Positions 42,501-54,827 of a stretch of 64,000 nucleotides of DNA are shown here, piece by piece. The DNA comes from Flectonema sp. DT1601 (lineage: Eukaryota). A program made the position numbers and the translations under genes. Each line of letters opens with the position of its first letter. Position 1 is the stretch's first letter. The stretch spans positions 1-64,000 of the forward strand of contig OZ025806.1 of NCBI GenBank assembly GCA_964019425.1. The letters are read 5' to 3'. A model generated the notes under the pieces. It saw only the letters and a program-made list of their open reading frames with translations. It did not search any database and had not been told where the DNA came from.

Positions 42501-45500
42501 TGCCCGTGAAGCACATCCTGGCCATCTCCACCGTGAATCTCATCGTCTCCTTCCACCAGGTCGATGTCATCGTACCTCTGAACTGTTCTCAGGATCGAAT
42601 TCAGAGCTTCATACTCGACCTCCATCTCATCGAAGTATCGTGCCCATCTGATCGCGTGGGAGTACGGTGCTCCTGGTGGTCCTACAACTGCAGCATCGCA
42701 GGTCGAAGTCGAAGTCGAAGTCGAAGTCGAAGAAGTCGAAGTGCTGTTCTCAGATGACGGCGACACTTCTATCTGACGCAAGATTCTTCCATTATCTCCC
42801 AAAACGACATCCGAACCGCTCCCTCCGTAGATCACATCCGCAGAGTCAGCTCCGTGAAGCACATCGTGACCACCCGTGATGTCGTCGTCACCGTTCCCTC
42901 CGTTGATGGTATCGGATCCCTGCTGTCCCAAAATTATGTCATCTCCCTCGCCTCCGTTCAGCACATCGTTTCCACCGTTTTCAGATGTCGTGAAAATCGA
43001 TTCGTACTTGTGCTGGTCTGGATGGTCCCTGTCAAACATCCCGTGGTCTCCGAGGATCACGTCCAGACCATTGCCTCCGGAAACAGAGTCCCCACCGTCT
43101 CCTCCGAAGATGTAATCCTCGCCGTCGTCTCCGAAGAGCTCGTCGTTGTTCGCGACCTTCTCGGGAGTTGGGAATACAGAAGCCGCGTAAAGGATCCTTT
43201 CATCAGACGACAAAAGGGCCGCCTCAGCGTGGTCTCCGAAGATCATGTCGTGGCCTCCGTTACCGTTTACCTTGTCCCTACCCTGTTGAGCGACGATGAA
43301 GTCGTTCCCGGCACCTCCGGAGATCACATCGTCGTGCGCAGGTTCGTTCGTAGTCGGCGAGGTCGGCAAGAATCTGCGAGGCTCCGATGAATTAGAAGGG
43401 AGAACGATCACCGCGTTGTCACCGAAGATGAAGTCGTGGCCATCATTCCCGCTCAAGACGTCACCATCGAACCCACCGATCACATAATCATCGCCAGTAC
43501 CGGAGTCAACCGTGTCAGCTCCTCCGGAAGTGAACGCAGACGACGACACCATGCGCATTGTTCGGTTGCTCTCCACAATCCCGTGGTCACCGAGAACCCA
43601 GTCGAGTCCTCCATGCGAGAACACCTGATCCCCATGCTGTCCGGCAATAATGATATCGTCCCCTTCTGAAGTCTCAATGGTATCGGTGCCACCCAGCACC
43701 GGCTCCGTCGAGATCGATTCGATCGACTTGCTGTCGGCGCTGAACCGAACCCTTCCAAAGTCACCAAATACGACATCCGATCCCAGACCGGTTGTGATAA
43801 CGTCGTCCGCAGCACCCCCGAAGATGTGATCTTCACCAACAAGCGTTCGGATGTGGTCCCCACCTCCGTGCTCCGCAGCAGTCGACTCGTAAGTCGTCAG
43901 GGCCGCTGTCACGGTCACCTTACCAAAATCCCCAAACACCACGTTGTCACCGGAACCAGTTGTTGTTATCAGGTCCGACGACTGTCCACCGAATACCACG
44001 TTGTCCCCCTTCGAAGAGGTGATGTTGTCGCTTCCTCCTTCCGAGGACGGTTCGTCCAGCGTCCGCATCACCTTCCCCGCGCCGTCCACCACCACCACCT
44101 CACCAAAATCCCCAAAGATAACATCGTTGCCTGCCCCAGCCGTGAGTATGTAATCCTCCGACTGCCCACCCAGAATGACGTTGTCTCCGTTCGAGGTGGT
44201 GATGCTGTCTCTCCCCCCCTCAGGGAACGGACCACTGTCGAGTCCTTTCGATCCGTTGAGGGTCCGGATTCGGGTTTCCGCCCCGTCTCCGACGATCAAT
44301 AATATCTCACCAAAGTCTCCGAAGATGATGTCGTTGCCTGAGCTGGTTGACACGACGTCGTCGCGAGCACCTCCGAATACCTTCTGAGATCCCGGAGCGA
44401 GGGTCACAATCGAGTCATCCCCTCCCCACTCAGCAAACAGGGTCGCAAACTCGCTGATTCCGACACTCTTGTTGATCATACCAAAGTCGCCGAACACCAC
44501 GTTGTCTCCGGAACCAGCCGCAATGACATCCGACCCTTGCCCACCGAATACCATGTCCGATCCGCCCAACGTCGCAATTTGGTCACCAGAACCCTGTGAA
44601 TCCTCTCCAAAGATAGCCTCCAGGACGGTTTCCCGAGCGTCAATCGTCACCTTCCCATGGTCTCCAAAGATCGTGTTCTCTCCCGAGCTGGCTTCGATCG
44701 TGTCCGACCCTTGACCTCCGAGAATGATGTCCGCCCCCTCCGCCGTCGAAATCGTGTCGTCGCCGCCGTCGCTTTCGTCTCCGAACAGAGACTCCAGTTG
44801 AGTCTCCAACGGGGTCCTCGTGAGGGTTCCGTGGTCTCCGAAAATGATACTCTTCCCCGAAGACGCTGTTATCTGATCCGAACTCGACCCTCCGAATATG
44901 ATGCTGTTCCCGAATGGAGACTCGATCGTATCCTTACCAGCGGTGTACGAAAACAAAGAAGTCATGCTGGTGTACTGGCTCTCCAAGTTTATCTGCATAT
45001 TACCGTTGTCACCGAAAACAAGGTTGTCACCGGAGTGCGTGAATATCTTGTCGTCTCCAGAACCCCCAACCACGTAGTCATTTCCGCTGCCAGTGTGGAT
45101 CCGGTCGTCACCACACAAGAAGTTGTCACCGAACGTCGATGAAAACTCCATCTCCGGGCTCGTCAGGTTGACGAGGATCCACCCGCTGTCACCAAAAACT
45201 ACGTCGTCACCGGTGTCCGAGTCAATCTCGTCGTTGTATCCTCCTCCAAACACCACGTCGTTACCGGCATGTGATTTGATAACATCCGCTCCTCCAGTCA
45301 CTGATAGGGACACGTATGGCGATGAGCTCGTCGCAAGCATCGATTCGCCGGACAAAGTGACGGATCCGTGATCACCAAAGATGGTGTCGTCACCTCTCTT
45401 CCCCTCGATGTAGTCCGGACCTTGGCCTCCGAAAACAAAATCGTCCCCGGTACCTGCGTCGATGCTGTCGTTGCCACCCACCCGGTGGTAGCTCGATTCG

Positions 45501-48500
45501 TACTCGACGGTTCCGATTTCGATCGTCGAGTGCACCCTTCCGTGATCCCCGAAGATCACGTCGCTCCCGGACCCACCGTCCATCCTATCCGCACCCTCGC
45601 ATCCAAATATTTTGTCCGACCCACCCGACGCCACGATGTCGTCGTCGGCATCCTGGTCTACTCCCGCAACGGATTCCATCTCGTAAAAGGAGGTTGCCCT
45701 CCTGTACACCACGCGCCCAAAGTCTCCAAACACCGTATCGTCTCCAAGCCCGGAGTCCACCTCATCGCCTCCCTGTCCCCCGAAGATCACATCGCTCCCG
45801 TCTTCTGAATGGATGATATCCCGGTTACCGTGACCGATCTCGGTGTAATTGGTCGACGTGATAACCGAAGTGGTTCCGTCGAAGGAAATCAATCCGTGGT
45901 CGCCGAAGACGATGTCCGCCCCGTCTCCGGAGTTGATGAGATCCCGTCCGTTCCCTCCGAGAACAGTGTCGTCGCCGTTACCCGACGAGATTTCGTCCTT
46001 CCCCTGAAGAAGTCCCGCAGGGAACGCGTGGATTTCCAAAACCCTCCTGATCCCCGCTACGTATTCCAGTTCCACGCTTCCGTGGTCTCCCAGCACAATG
46101 TCGTCGCCGAGCGTGCTGACGACGTGATCGTCACCTCCTCCAGCGATTATAATATCTTCACTCGAACCCGAAGAGATCACGTCCGACCCGCCAGCTTCAG
46201 CCCCAGACCTCAAAGAAGTGGCCAGCGACTGCTCGTTGAACGACGCGGATCCGCTGTCTCCGAAAATGATGTCCGCACCGATTCCGGTTGTTATCTTGTC
46301 GTCCCCGCCTCCACCGAAGATCACGTCGTGCGACCCGTCGGTCGAGGTGATGACGTCCTTGCCTTCGCCACCCTCTTCGCAAACCGCCTCTCTCAGGAGC
46401 GCAGCGTCACCGCCGCCCGCAGGTGGTGGTGAGTCGAATCCGTGCAAGTTACCCAGCTCGAACGCATCGTTGCCGTATGATGCGAACCCGTTGTCTCCAA
46501 AAACAAGGTCCTCCGACTGCCCAGGAAAGATGGCATCCCCGCCACTCCCTCCCAGAAGCACGAGCGGTATCGTCGTGGACTCAGCGCGAATCACGTCCTC
46601 TCCCGGTCCGGTGTGGCAGGCCATAGTGACACCGCTCTGGAGATCGATATCAACTTCGTCGTTACCCGACCCCGTGTAGAGCGCCGCCACCCCGTCGGCG
46701 TAAATTCCCGATACCGTCACCTTGTCGTCACCCTTTCCAGTCCATATCGCGATACCCCTCGAGAAACTGCTTCCCGTGAACCAGATGTCACCGCTGCCGG
46801 TGAGCCCCTTGATCGACCCGATGGCCTCAACGTTCCCCTTGTCAATGGATGTCACGTGATCGACGTCTACTTCCACAGTCTTCGCGTCTTCTCCCCCGTG
46901 GTCCGATACGAGCAACCTGTTCCGTCCGTCCACTCCGCAATTCAACGTCAGCTTCGCAACCACCGAACTCAGGTCACCGCGAGGCAACTGTGCGGTGTCC
47001 GCATCCGTCTGGGTACCAAGCATCGACCTCGACGAGATCGAGATCGTGTTGTCGCCTATCCCCAACCAAACAGTTGTCGGTATCAACACTCCCTGAACAT
47101 TGACAATGTCGTCGTGCGTCGTCGTCGTCGCAATATCTTCATTCACCACTCCGCGGGTCGTGATTTCTTCCTTCACCACCCCGCGGGTCAAGTCAACCTC
47201 CGATATCTCGAAGTTCAAGAACTCCAAAACCGCTCCGATGGAGGAACCAGCGCCGATCACCTTCGTCTGCGTCATGATGCATGCTTGGTTGTTGCAATCA
47301 CCGGTCATGTGCAGTGTGTCATACCCGGCCCCGGAATCAACTGTTGTGAAACCGTCATCTTGAGAAATTGTCAAAGCGTCATTCCCATCACCCAATGAGA
47401 GCACGCTGTAGTAACTCATGCCAATCAACGTCACGTCGTCAACGAAGTCACCTCCGGTCAGAAGGAATCGAGGAGCTCCTTTCAAAACTGTGAAACTGTT
47501 CGCGTGGTTCTCGGGTAACATTATCGTCACCTCCCCGACAACCGACGCGAATCCCGGAAGCGCCACGCCCGAACCCGTTAGCCCCGTCAGCAAGCTCTGC
47601 TTAAACGACCCCGACACACCCGTCGTCCCTTCGGTGTTGTCCGCCACCAGGTTCACATTGGAAACGTCTCCGTGCAGGCTCACCAATCCACGGACCCTCT
47701 GAGTGTTCCGATTCTTCCCGAGCTTCACGTATTCCGTACTCGAAGTGGAGTAGACATTGATAGGGATGTTCGAATCTTCGATGATTACGTTCTCGCTCTG
47801 TATTTGAGCCAATCTAATTGTCATCTCGTGAATTTGACTGAAGGTCAAAGCCCTGGACGAAACCGCAGGATTGAGCCCCAATACCGACTCCTCGCCGAAG
47901 GGATTCTTCCCGACGACGATGTCTCCCCCTTCGTTGGCTGAATGAATTACGAGTTGCGTCCGGAAGCTTCCCTGAATCTTCATTTCTCCGATGTCCCCGT
48001 TCGAGTAGATCTCGACAATCACCGGAACCACACTGTTGATGGTGAGGTCGAGCTTTGTGTTCTCAGGCAACCCAGTGATTACCAGAGGCGCAGGGTTACT
48101 ACCATGACCGCAAGTCAGTGTTAAATGAGCAGTGTCGACCAACACCAAGCTATCCGATCCGAAACCCGAGAAACCACTTTTTTCAATTCTTCCCGAACAG
48201 GTGTTGTAGGAAAAAGTTTTGTCAGACCTCGCTGGAGGCAGATCTTCTTGAACCTGTCGGATGCCAGTGAACCCCGCTCCGTTTTTGATTTCTGCCGGTG
48301 AGTTTTTGAAGTCTCTGTTCCACTTTCCCTCGTTGATGTTATCCCCAACAGTGTTGGCGTCGTCTATGAAGTCGTCCAGGAACTCGTGCGCCTTTTCAGC
48401 AACAGCAGTCATCTTTTCAACGGCCTCCTTGTGAAGAGAATCGGTGGCGGCATTGATCTCGTCAACCTTGTCGAGGTTCACGGTACGCGCTTGAGATATC

Positions 48501-51016
48501 ACCTCACAGACTCCGTCGAAACTCCATCTCTGTACTCGCAAAATCAGAACTTCGTACGGAATCGATTCGTCGTCTGAGGAATACGTTGGGGGAGAGCAAG
48601 AGATAGCATTCGATGGAGTACCCGCAGGGCATCTCAGCATCTGTGTCTTCGGTGGGCATTGGGAGACCAAGTCCGACACATCACTCACCTTCCCCATGAT
48701 GTTTCGATCAATATTTTTCCTTGCTTTCTTCAAGAACGCTTCTTTCTTTTTCTTGTCGGCGTCCGAGCAGATTCTAAACTTCGTAACCAACTCTTTTAAG
48801 CATTTCGCGAATTTAGAAGCCAGACCACTGATGTGATCTGCGAATTCCGACATCGCTGCGAGCGCCTTCTTGGCAGCAGCGCCAACAGCTTTAGCGACTT
48901 CACCAGCCAACGCGACGATCGCTCCCGATATGTTCTCCGTCATTGAGAAGTCCAAGGAGAACTTCTTTTTGTTGATCCCAACTGTGGCTGATACAGTCCA
49001 AGTTATTAACTTGAGGTCAGTCGTTGCAGAAAATGTTATCTCCGACTTCGAAACCTTGAGCGTAATCTTCACGGAGACAAACATCCTCACCGAAACCTTG
49101 GCGGAGAGAGTGAATGAGGAACCGCTGAGCTCGACACTGATTTGGTTGATTTTCACAATCCCCACGTTAAAATTTTTAATCGAAACCGCAAGTTCCGGTG
49201 CCGAGAGAACAGCCACACCCCTGCTGCTCTCATCATCGAGTTTTGCGATTTCACGATCAGAAGTGGATCCGTACTTGAGCTTGATAGTTGCCTCCGGGTT
49301 GACGATTCCCTTGAAGAAACTCAAGCTCACATCAAACTCTACATACACTCCTCTGATTGAGGTCTTCAGAACTGCTTTGATGTCGGCGCTGATGTGCAAA
49401 GCAGGGATTTCTGCCTTTCCCACAAGGGAGAAATCGAGCTTCGGATTGATGGCACGGACCCCCAGATCAAGAGTTGCGTCGATGGTGAGCACATTCGCAA
49501 TACTGAGGTGTCCAGAAGCCGACAGGTCGACTCCAGTATATGCGCTGCCCGCAACCGAGAAGTCCATGATATTCTGTGAGCCGAAAATGTTGCGAATCGA
49601 TCCCGAAGCTTGCACACCCGACAGCAAACCAGCACTGAAGAACGCTTTGCAATCCGGATCAGTTGCCGACGGACACTTGCCGTCGAACTTCGAGTTCCAC
49701 GACACTTCTAAGTTTCCCAAAAATCCCGGAAGAGTGAACGCGTCGGCGATCGATCCGGGAGGCTTGCCGACCAGCACCTCAACAAAATTCATGGCAATGT
49801 TCATCATACTTTCCAATGACATGCTACTGACTCGCACATCTATTCTGGTCGAAGGCACATCAAACACGTCATAAAACAAATCAACAGACGCGTGAATGCA
49901 CTTACTCGAAACCTTGTCCCACACACCACTGGAAGAGTCGTAGCAGTTATTCTTGTACCCAAGATGGATGCTTCCTGAGATTTCAATGTACGTTGGGACT
50001 AAGGTATTTAAGTTCAGTCCAACGCCAACCACCGGGTCTTCCAGAGTCACAGGGAGTCCCAACAGAGATTCAATCACTCCAAAATACGCCAGCCTTCCCC
50101 GCACTTCCACACCACCCGGCAAGAAAGTCACTCGAAGAGCACCCTCGACCGTGAACTCCTGCCTGCTTGCCCTGTTGCAGTTCTTCAGACAGATCGTCAG
50201 CGGAAGGTACACAGATCCGATCGCCCCATCAGGAAGCGCATGCCCCAAACTCACAACCATTCCACGCTCACCATCAGCCGATGCGATTGAGAAACCATCC
50301 GAAACCTTCACCGGTGGGGTCTTCAAGTCAGCGAAAGTTGCCACCCGGGCCGCGGAAATCTGGGCTTCGAACGCCAAACGCCAACCGTCTCCGAAGAGCG
50401 CGTTCGTGAACGGGACGTCACTTACAACTCGAACAATAACTTCATTCGGTGAAAATGTCAAATACACTTTCGCATTCGTAAGTCCGAAATCCTTTATCTC
50501 ATCAGGAAGTGGTATCAATCCATCTAAAGTAGCTGACACTAATCCAGACAACGTCACTTCCACTTCATCAGCCAATGCAGTTACTCCATCCGCCGAAACA
50601 CACGCCAAGGGGTAGAAGTCTCCATAAATAGCATCTCGACTACTCGGCTTCACACTAGTACTCTCCGGATATCCATTACATTCACCAAAGCAAAGTGTAG
50701 TGTGAGTGTTTAGAAGTACTGCAGTATCCACTAGTAAGTCAATTGCATCCTCCGTGATCGCTAACTCTGCAGCACTCCTCTCGGCAACTGCATCGCTCTG
50801 CACTTCAATGCCTCTTTCCGCAGTACAGCTACTATCAAAAGAGCCACCGAAATTATCGTAAATGGCAATGGCTGGGTAGGCTTGCCAGAAACTGTTTCCA
50901 ATAGTAAGCTGAATTAACAACCAAGTCTTGAATCCAAACCTGGGAGTTTTCGGTTCAGGAGTTATGAGTTCAGGAGTTTGCTGTTTAGGAATTTTATCAT
51001 CGGTCTTTTTCTCTTT
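39584..51016 (-). CDS. Exon 2 of a giant RTX-like (hemolysin-type Ca-binding repeat) protein, copy 1; four 1-bp indels at ~40850-41205
   Basis: Dozens of GGxGxD / DxIFGDxG repeats and a His/Trp/Tyr-rich end. The frame is continuous in copy 2. Confidence 0.9.
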
Positions 51017-51136
51017 CTGTTTTTTTTATTTTTAGTTATGAAAGTAAGTTCTATTAATTGTCAGATAATTTAATCCTTCTTACTGGGTCTTTCAAAGAAA
51101 ACTACAAACATAACAAAAATAAAATAAAAGTCATAC
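51017..51136 (-). other. 120-nt GT-AG phase-0 intron
   Basis: GCT TTT|GTATGA...AAAAAAAACAG|AAA GAG; AT-rich. Splicing joins the 581-aa ORF in frame, via 32 open codons, to the 3260-aa ORF. Confidence 0.8.
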
Positions 51137-52876
51137 AAAAGCAAGTTCCTTCACAAAATTCAACTGCAACACCTTTAATTCAACACCAACAAGTTTTAAT
51201 GATTTGAACCAACCAATCGGATTATCTGTGACGCATTCTAAGCCGGTGTTCGCGAACACAAGTGTGACCGAATCAAACACATTATTGTCCTCCACAAATT
51301 TGAGTGTTCGGCCCCAATAACTGTTTTTCTTCTTTTGTTCCCGTTCTTCCTCCTCTAGTTCCAGTTTTTCCCCGTTTTTTATCTGTTTTCTCCCATCTCG
51401 TTCCTGTTCTTCCCCTTCTTTTATCAGGCTTTCCCCATCTCGTTCCTGTTCTTCCCCTTTTTTTTTTTGGCTTCTCCCATCTCGTTCCTGTTGTTCCCCT
51501 TTTTTTATCAGGCTTTCCCCATCTCGTTCCTGTTGTTCCCCTTTTTTTATCAGGGTTTTCCCATCTAGTTCCTGTTGTTCCCCTTTCTTTATCAGGCTTC
51601 TCCCATCTCGTTCCTGTTGTTCCCCCCGTATCAGGTCCCCTTCTTTTTTAGTTTTTCCTCCCTTTTCTATCAAGTCACCCCCATCTTCTTGCATTTTTCC
51701 CCCATCTAGTTTCTTTTTTTCCCCGTCGTTTATCTTCTGTTTCCCGTCTTTTATCTCTTTTTCCCCTTCTTTTTTATTTTTTCCTCCCTTTTCTATCAAG
51801 TCATCCCCATCTTCTTGCATTTTTCCCCCCTCTAGTTTCTTTTTTTCCCCTTCTTTTTTATTTTTTCCTCCCTTTTCTATCAAGTCACCCCCATCTTCTA
51901 CTTCTTTTCTCCCATCACTTATTTTTTCTCCAAAGTATCTGTCTCGAGCTTTACCAATCTCCATAAACGCATCCCTCTTGAAGTCAATGTTGAGAGCTGA
52001 TCCTCCGAAGTTGCTGGGGTCCCACATGAACCCCAGAGAGAACGATGGGCTAAGTAGCCCTTTCGCAAAGTCTTTTTTAAATTCCTTCTCCTTAATTCCC
52101 TTCTTAATATTCCTTAAACGCTCTTTCACCTTTGCGAAAAAGCTTTTCTTTGGAGGTTTTTCTTCCGGAAGTTTAGGCGTTAGTTTGTCTGCTACAAAGT
52201 CACTAGCAATCGAAGTAATATTAGTCGCAAGTCCCATACCAAAAAACACGTCCCCAGCCTCGCAATTGTCGGCACCCCCCAGATGAAGGGAAAAGTCAAA
52301 GTACTTTAGGATTTCCCAGTCGAGAGCTGCATAAACGAGGGGATGTTTTGGGTTGTTGTATTTGCCATCCCACTCAGGAATATCTTTGCAGATTTTTCTA
52401 CTTCCACTACTTCCACTACTTCCACTGTCTTTGTTACTAGAATTTTCCAATACCTGACTCATTCTGTGAAATACCTGTTCCTCAGTCGACATTGTCTTCG
52501 GGCCATTACCCAACGAAGTGAATTCCGTGTCCGTACATCTGTCTTCAAACAATGCTGCTATAGCTAATGCTTGATCTGTTAACTTAGTAATCTCACCCAT
52601 GAATGGAGGATCTAAATCATCAAGCAAATCAAATGCATCAGCGAGGACTTCAGAGATTGGTTCTGCGTACTGACTGATGTTTAGAACTTCAGTCACACCA
52701 CTCCGGTCAACTAAATCAGTCACCGATTGGATCATAACATCCTTCATTATCTCTGCCATGCTATCCTTTATGGAACCCTCCGACTGACTGTCGATAGTCT
52801 TCTTACTCTCAGCTACCCCAACAGCACCCAACAGGCAGATGGAGCAGCTGATTAGCTGCGTGACGCCGCGTAACAT
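51137..52876 (-). CDS. Exon 1 of the RTX-like protein: signal peptide + 14-aa charged repeats
   Basis: MLRGVTQLISCSICLLGAVGVAES resembles a signal peptide; (EQQERDGxSLIKKG)n encoded by 42-bp repeats. Confidence 0.8.
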
Positions 52877-52934
52877 TTTGAAGAGGCTTCTCTTCTTTTC
52901 TTATTTTGTGTTGGATGTGATTTAAGATAAAAAT

Positions 52935-52960
52935 CTGTGGAAATGAAAAGAAGATTAGTA
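52935..52960 (-). promoter_or_regulatory. Candidate SL trans-splice acceptor
   Basis: TACTAATCTTCTTTTCATTTCCACAG (branch-like motif, pyrimidine tract, AG), 58 nt upstream of the ATG. Confidence 0.5.
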
Positions 52961-54827
52961 GCAGGTTGCGGACTTTTCATATATTTTTTAAAAACACTTC
53001 CTTTGTCAGTAGTACTAACCAGAGGTTTGGTTTTATTGGAGAGGAACGAGTCGGCGTAGGTGTACCAAAACACCTAAAAAATGATTAAATAGAAGAAAAA
53101 TGAACCCAATTCCCGTTAGAACTATCGTTAAGAAGAGGGAGACGCTAATTATTGCAGAAAATCTGCGAAACTGTGTCTCACCAAGTAATAGAACGAGAAA
53201 GGCAAATTGATGAATAGCTGGAAAGGAATAAAAATATTTGAAACGAAAAAAAAAAAAAAAAAAATAATAATAAACGCTCCGCAGCAACTCGAACATCGAA
53301 TAAGAGTTTTCAGTCCAAAAAAAGAGGGCAAACTTTCGGTCGGTGGGTATCGTTATAAGATAGTGCAAAAATAAAAAAAAGAAACGTTTAAACACATTGT
53401 TCTGCTGTTCCATATTACGCTGCTGGAATAAGTAGTTTCCTGTCCTTTTTTTAGGTATTCATCAGTAAGCTCTGGGGACTTACCAATTAGTTTAGGTCAG
53501 TTGCAAAAAAAGCAATCGAACTTCTTAATGTTAAAGGGGCTAGCATATATTTGCTTCTGATCAGGTAGACAGATACAAAGAAAGCGGCCTTCCGATGATA
53601 TAATAATCAAAAATAGCGGAAAGACAGTAAAACTTCTCTCACAGAAACGCATGTGAAGTCCATCGTAAAAAAAAGAAATGCAACGGAACAAGTGCGTAGC
53701 TCCTATTCAAAAAAACCGAATTAGAATACACCAACGACACGAAATAAAGATCTGAACGCAAAAAAGAAAATCCTTCACAAGAAAAACGATGCCGATACTG
53801 AAAGTGAATAGAGCAAAAAGAGAATCTAGGTTCGCTCGTTTACGAGCTTGGGTGGCTAAGCCTGGGAAGGGAAGGAACGAGGAGGAGGCTAGTTGTTTGC
53901 ACAGAAGTCCATATACCTAGACAGCCATGACGCGACACAGACTCCTCAAAAAAAGATATTCCCGTGATGGATGTTATAATTGTTATTAGAGAACGGGAAA
54001 GATGTGATTTTTGCAAAATTTAGGGTGCCTGTGTTACCATCGAAAACAAGTTTCTTTTGTGCAGCAGGTTTTGGATCCCAACTTGGTGTGTCAAAGCATG
54101 ACATCAACAACTGTTGGTCGACAAAAAGCAGAATCATCTTCGGGACAAACCAGAACCAAAATTGAAGAAATGAAAACTTCTTTCAGTCCCCTCAGTCCCT
54201 TTGAGAGCGTTCCACAGAAAGCTGTCTCATAGCTAACACAGCTTCAAAGCAGATCGGAATTGCTTTTCCTCCACAGCAAAATAATTGAAAACAAGAAAAC
54301 GGGAAAGATGTGATTGTTTGTGGTATAAACGAAATCCGATTTCATCCGAAGTGACTTGTGCAAACAAACCGGGAAAATAATCTAAGGATTTCAAGATTTC
54401 CTTTTTGTAAGTTGAGATGCGAATCGATTCAGGAATCGTTCTCCTAAGTTCCTACACAAACACTCTTTTTTACGAACACAAAAAGACGGTCGAGCTCATC
54501 ATGTGTACACAGTACGCGACGTGCTGCTACACAAATCAAAAGGGTGTCAACCCTTTTTTTTTTGGAAGGAACTTAGGGAACAAAAAAAAAAAAAAAATAA
54601 AAGACACAAAAAGAAAGAAAACGAAAACGAGATTGTCACCACTCGGAATTGTCATCAAGTCCGCCGTTTGTGGTAGTAAAACGCAAAAACAAGAATGTCA
54701 GACAAAAGTTATTGGATTGGTTGAAGAGAAAGGTTTGGCAACCGTTTCCACATTGTGGATCGGTGGCAATGAGGTTACACATTACACGTGCAATCTCAAC
54801 TAAAGTTTTTCCGATCGAATGAGGTCG

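Noticed and set aside
42702..42740. (GTCGAA)n microsatellite
   Set aside because: Simply encodes a Ser/Thr linker within the CDS.
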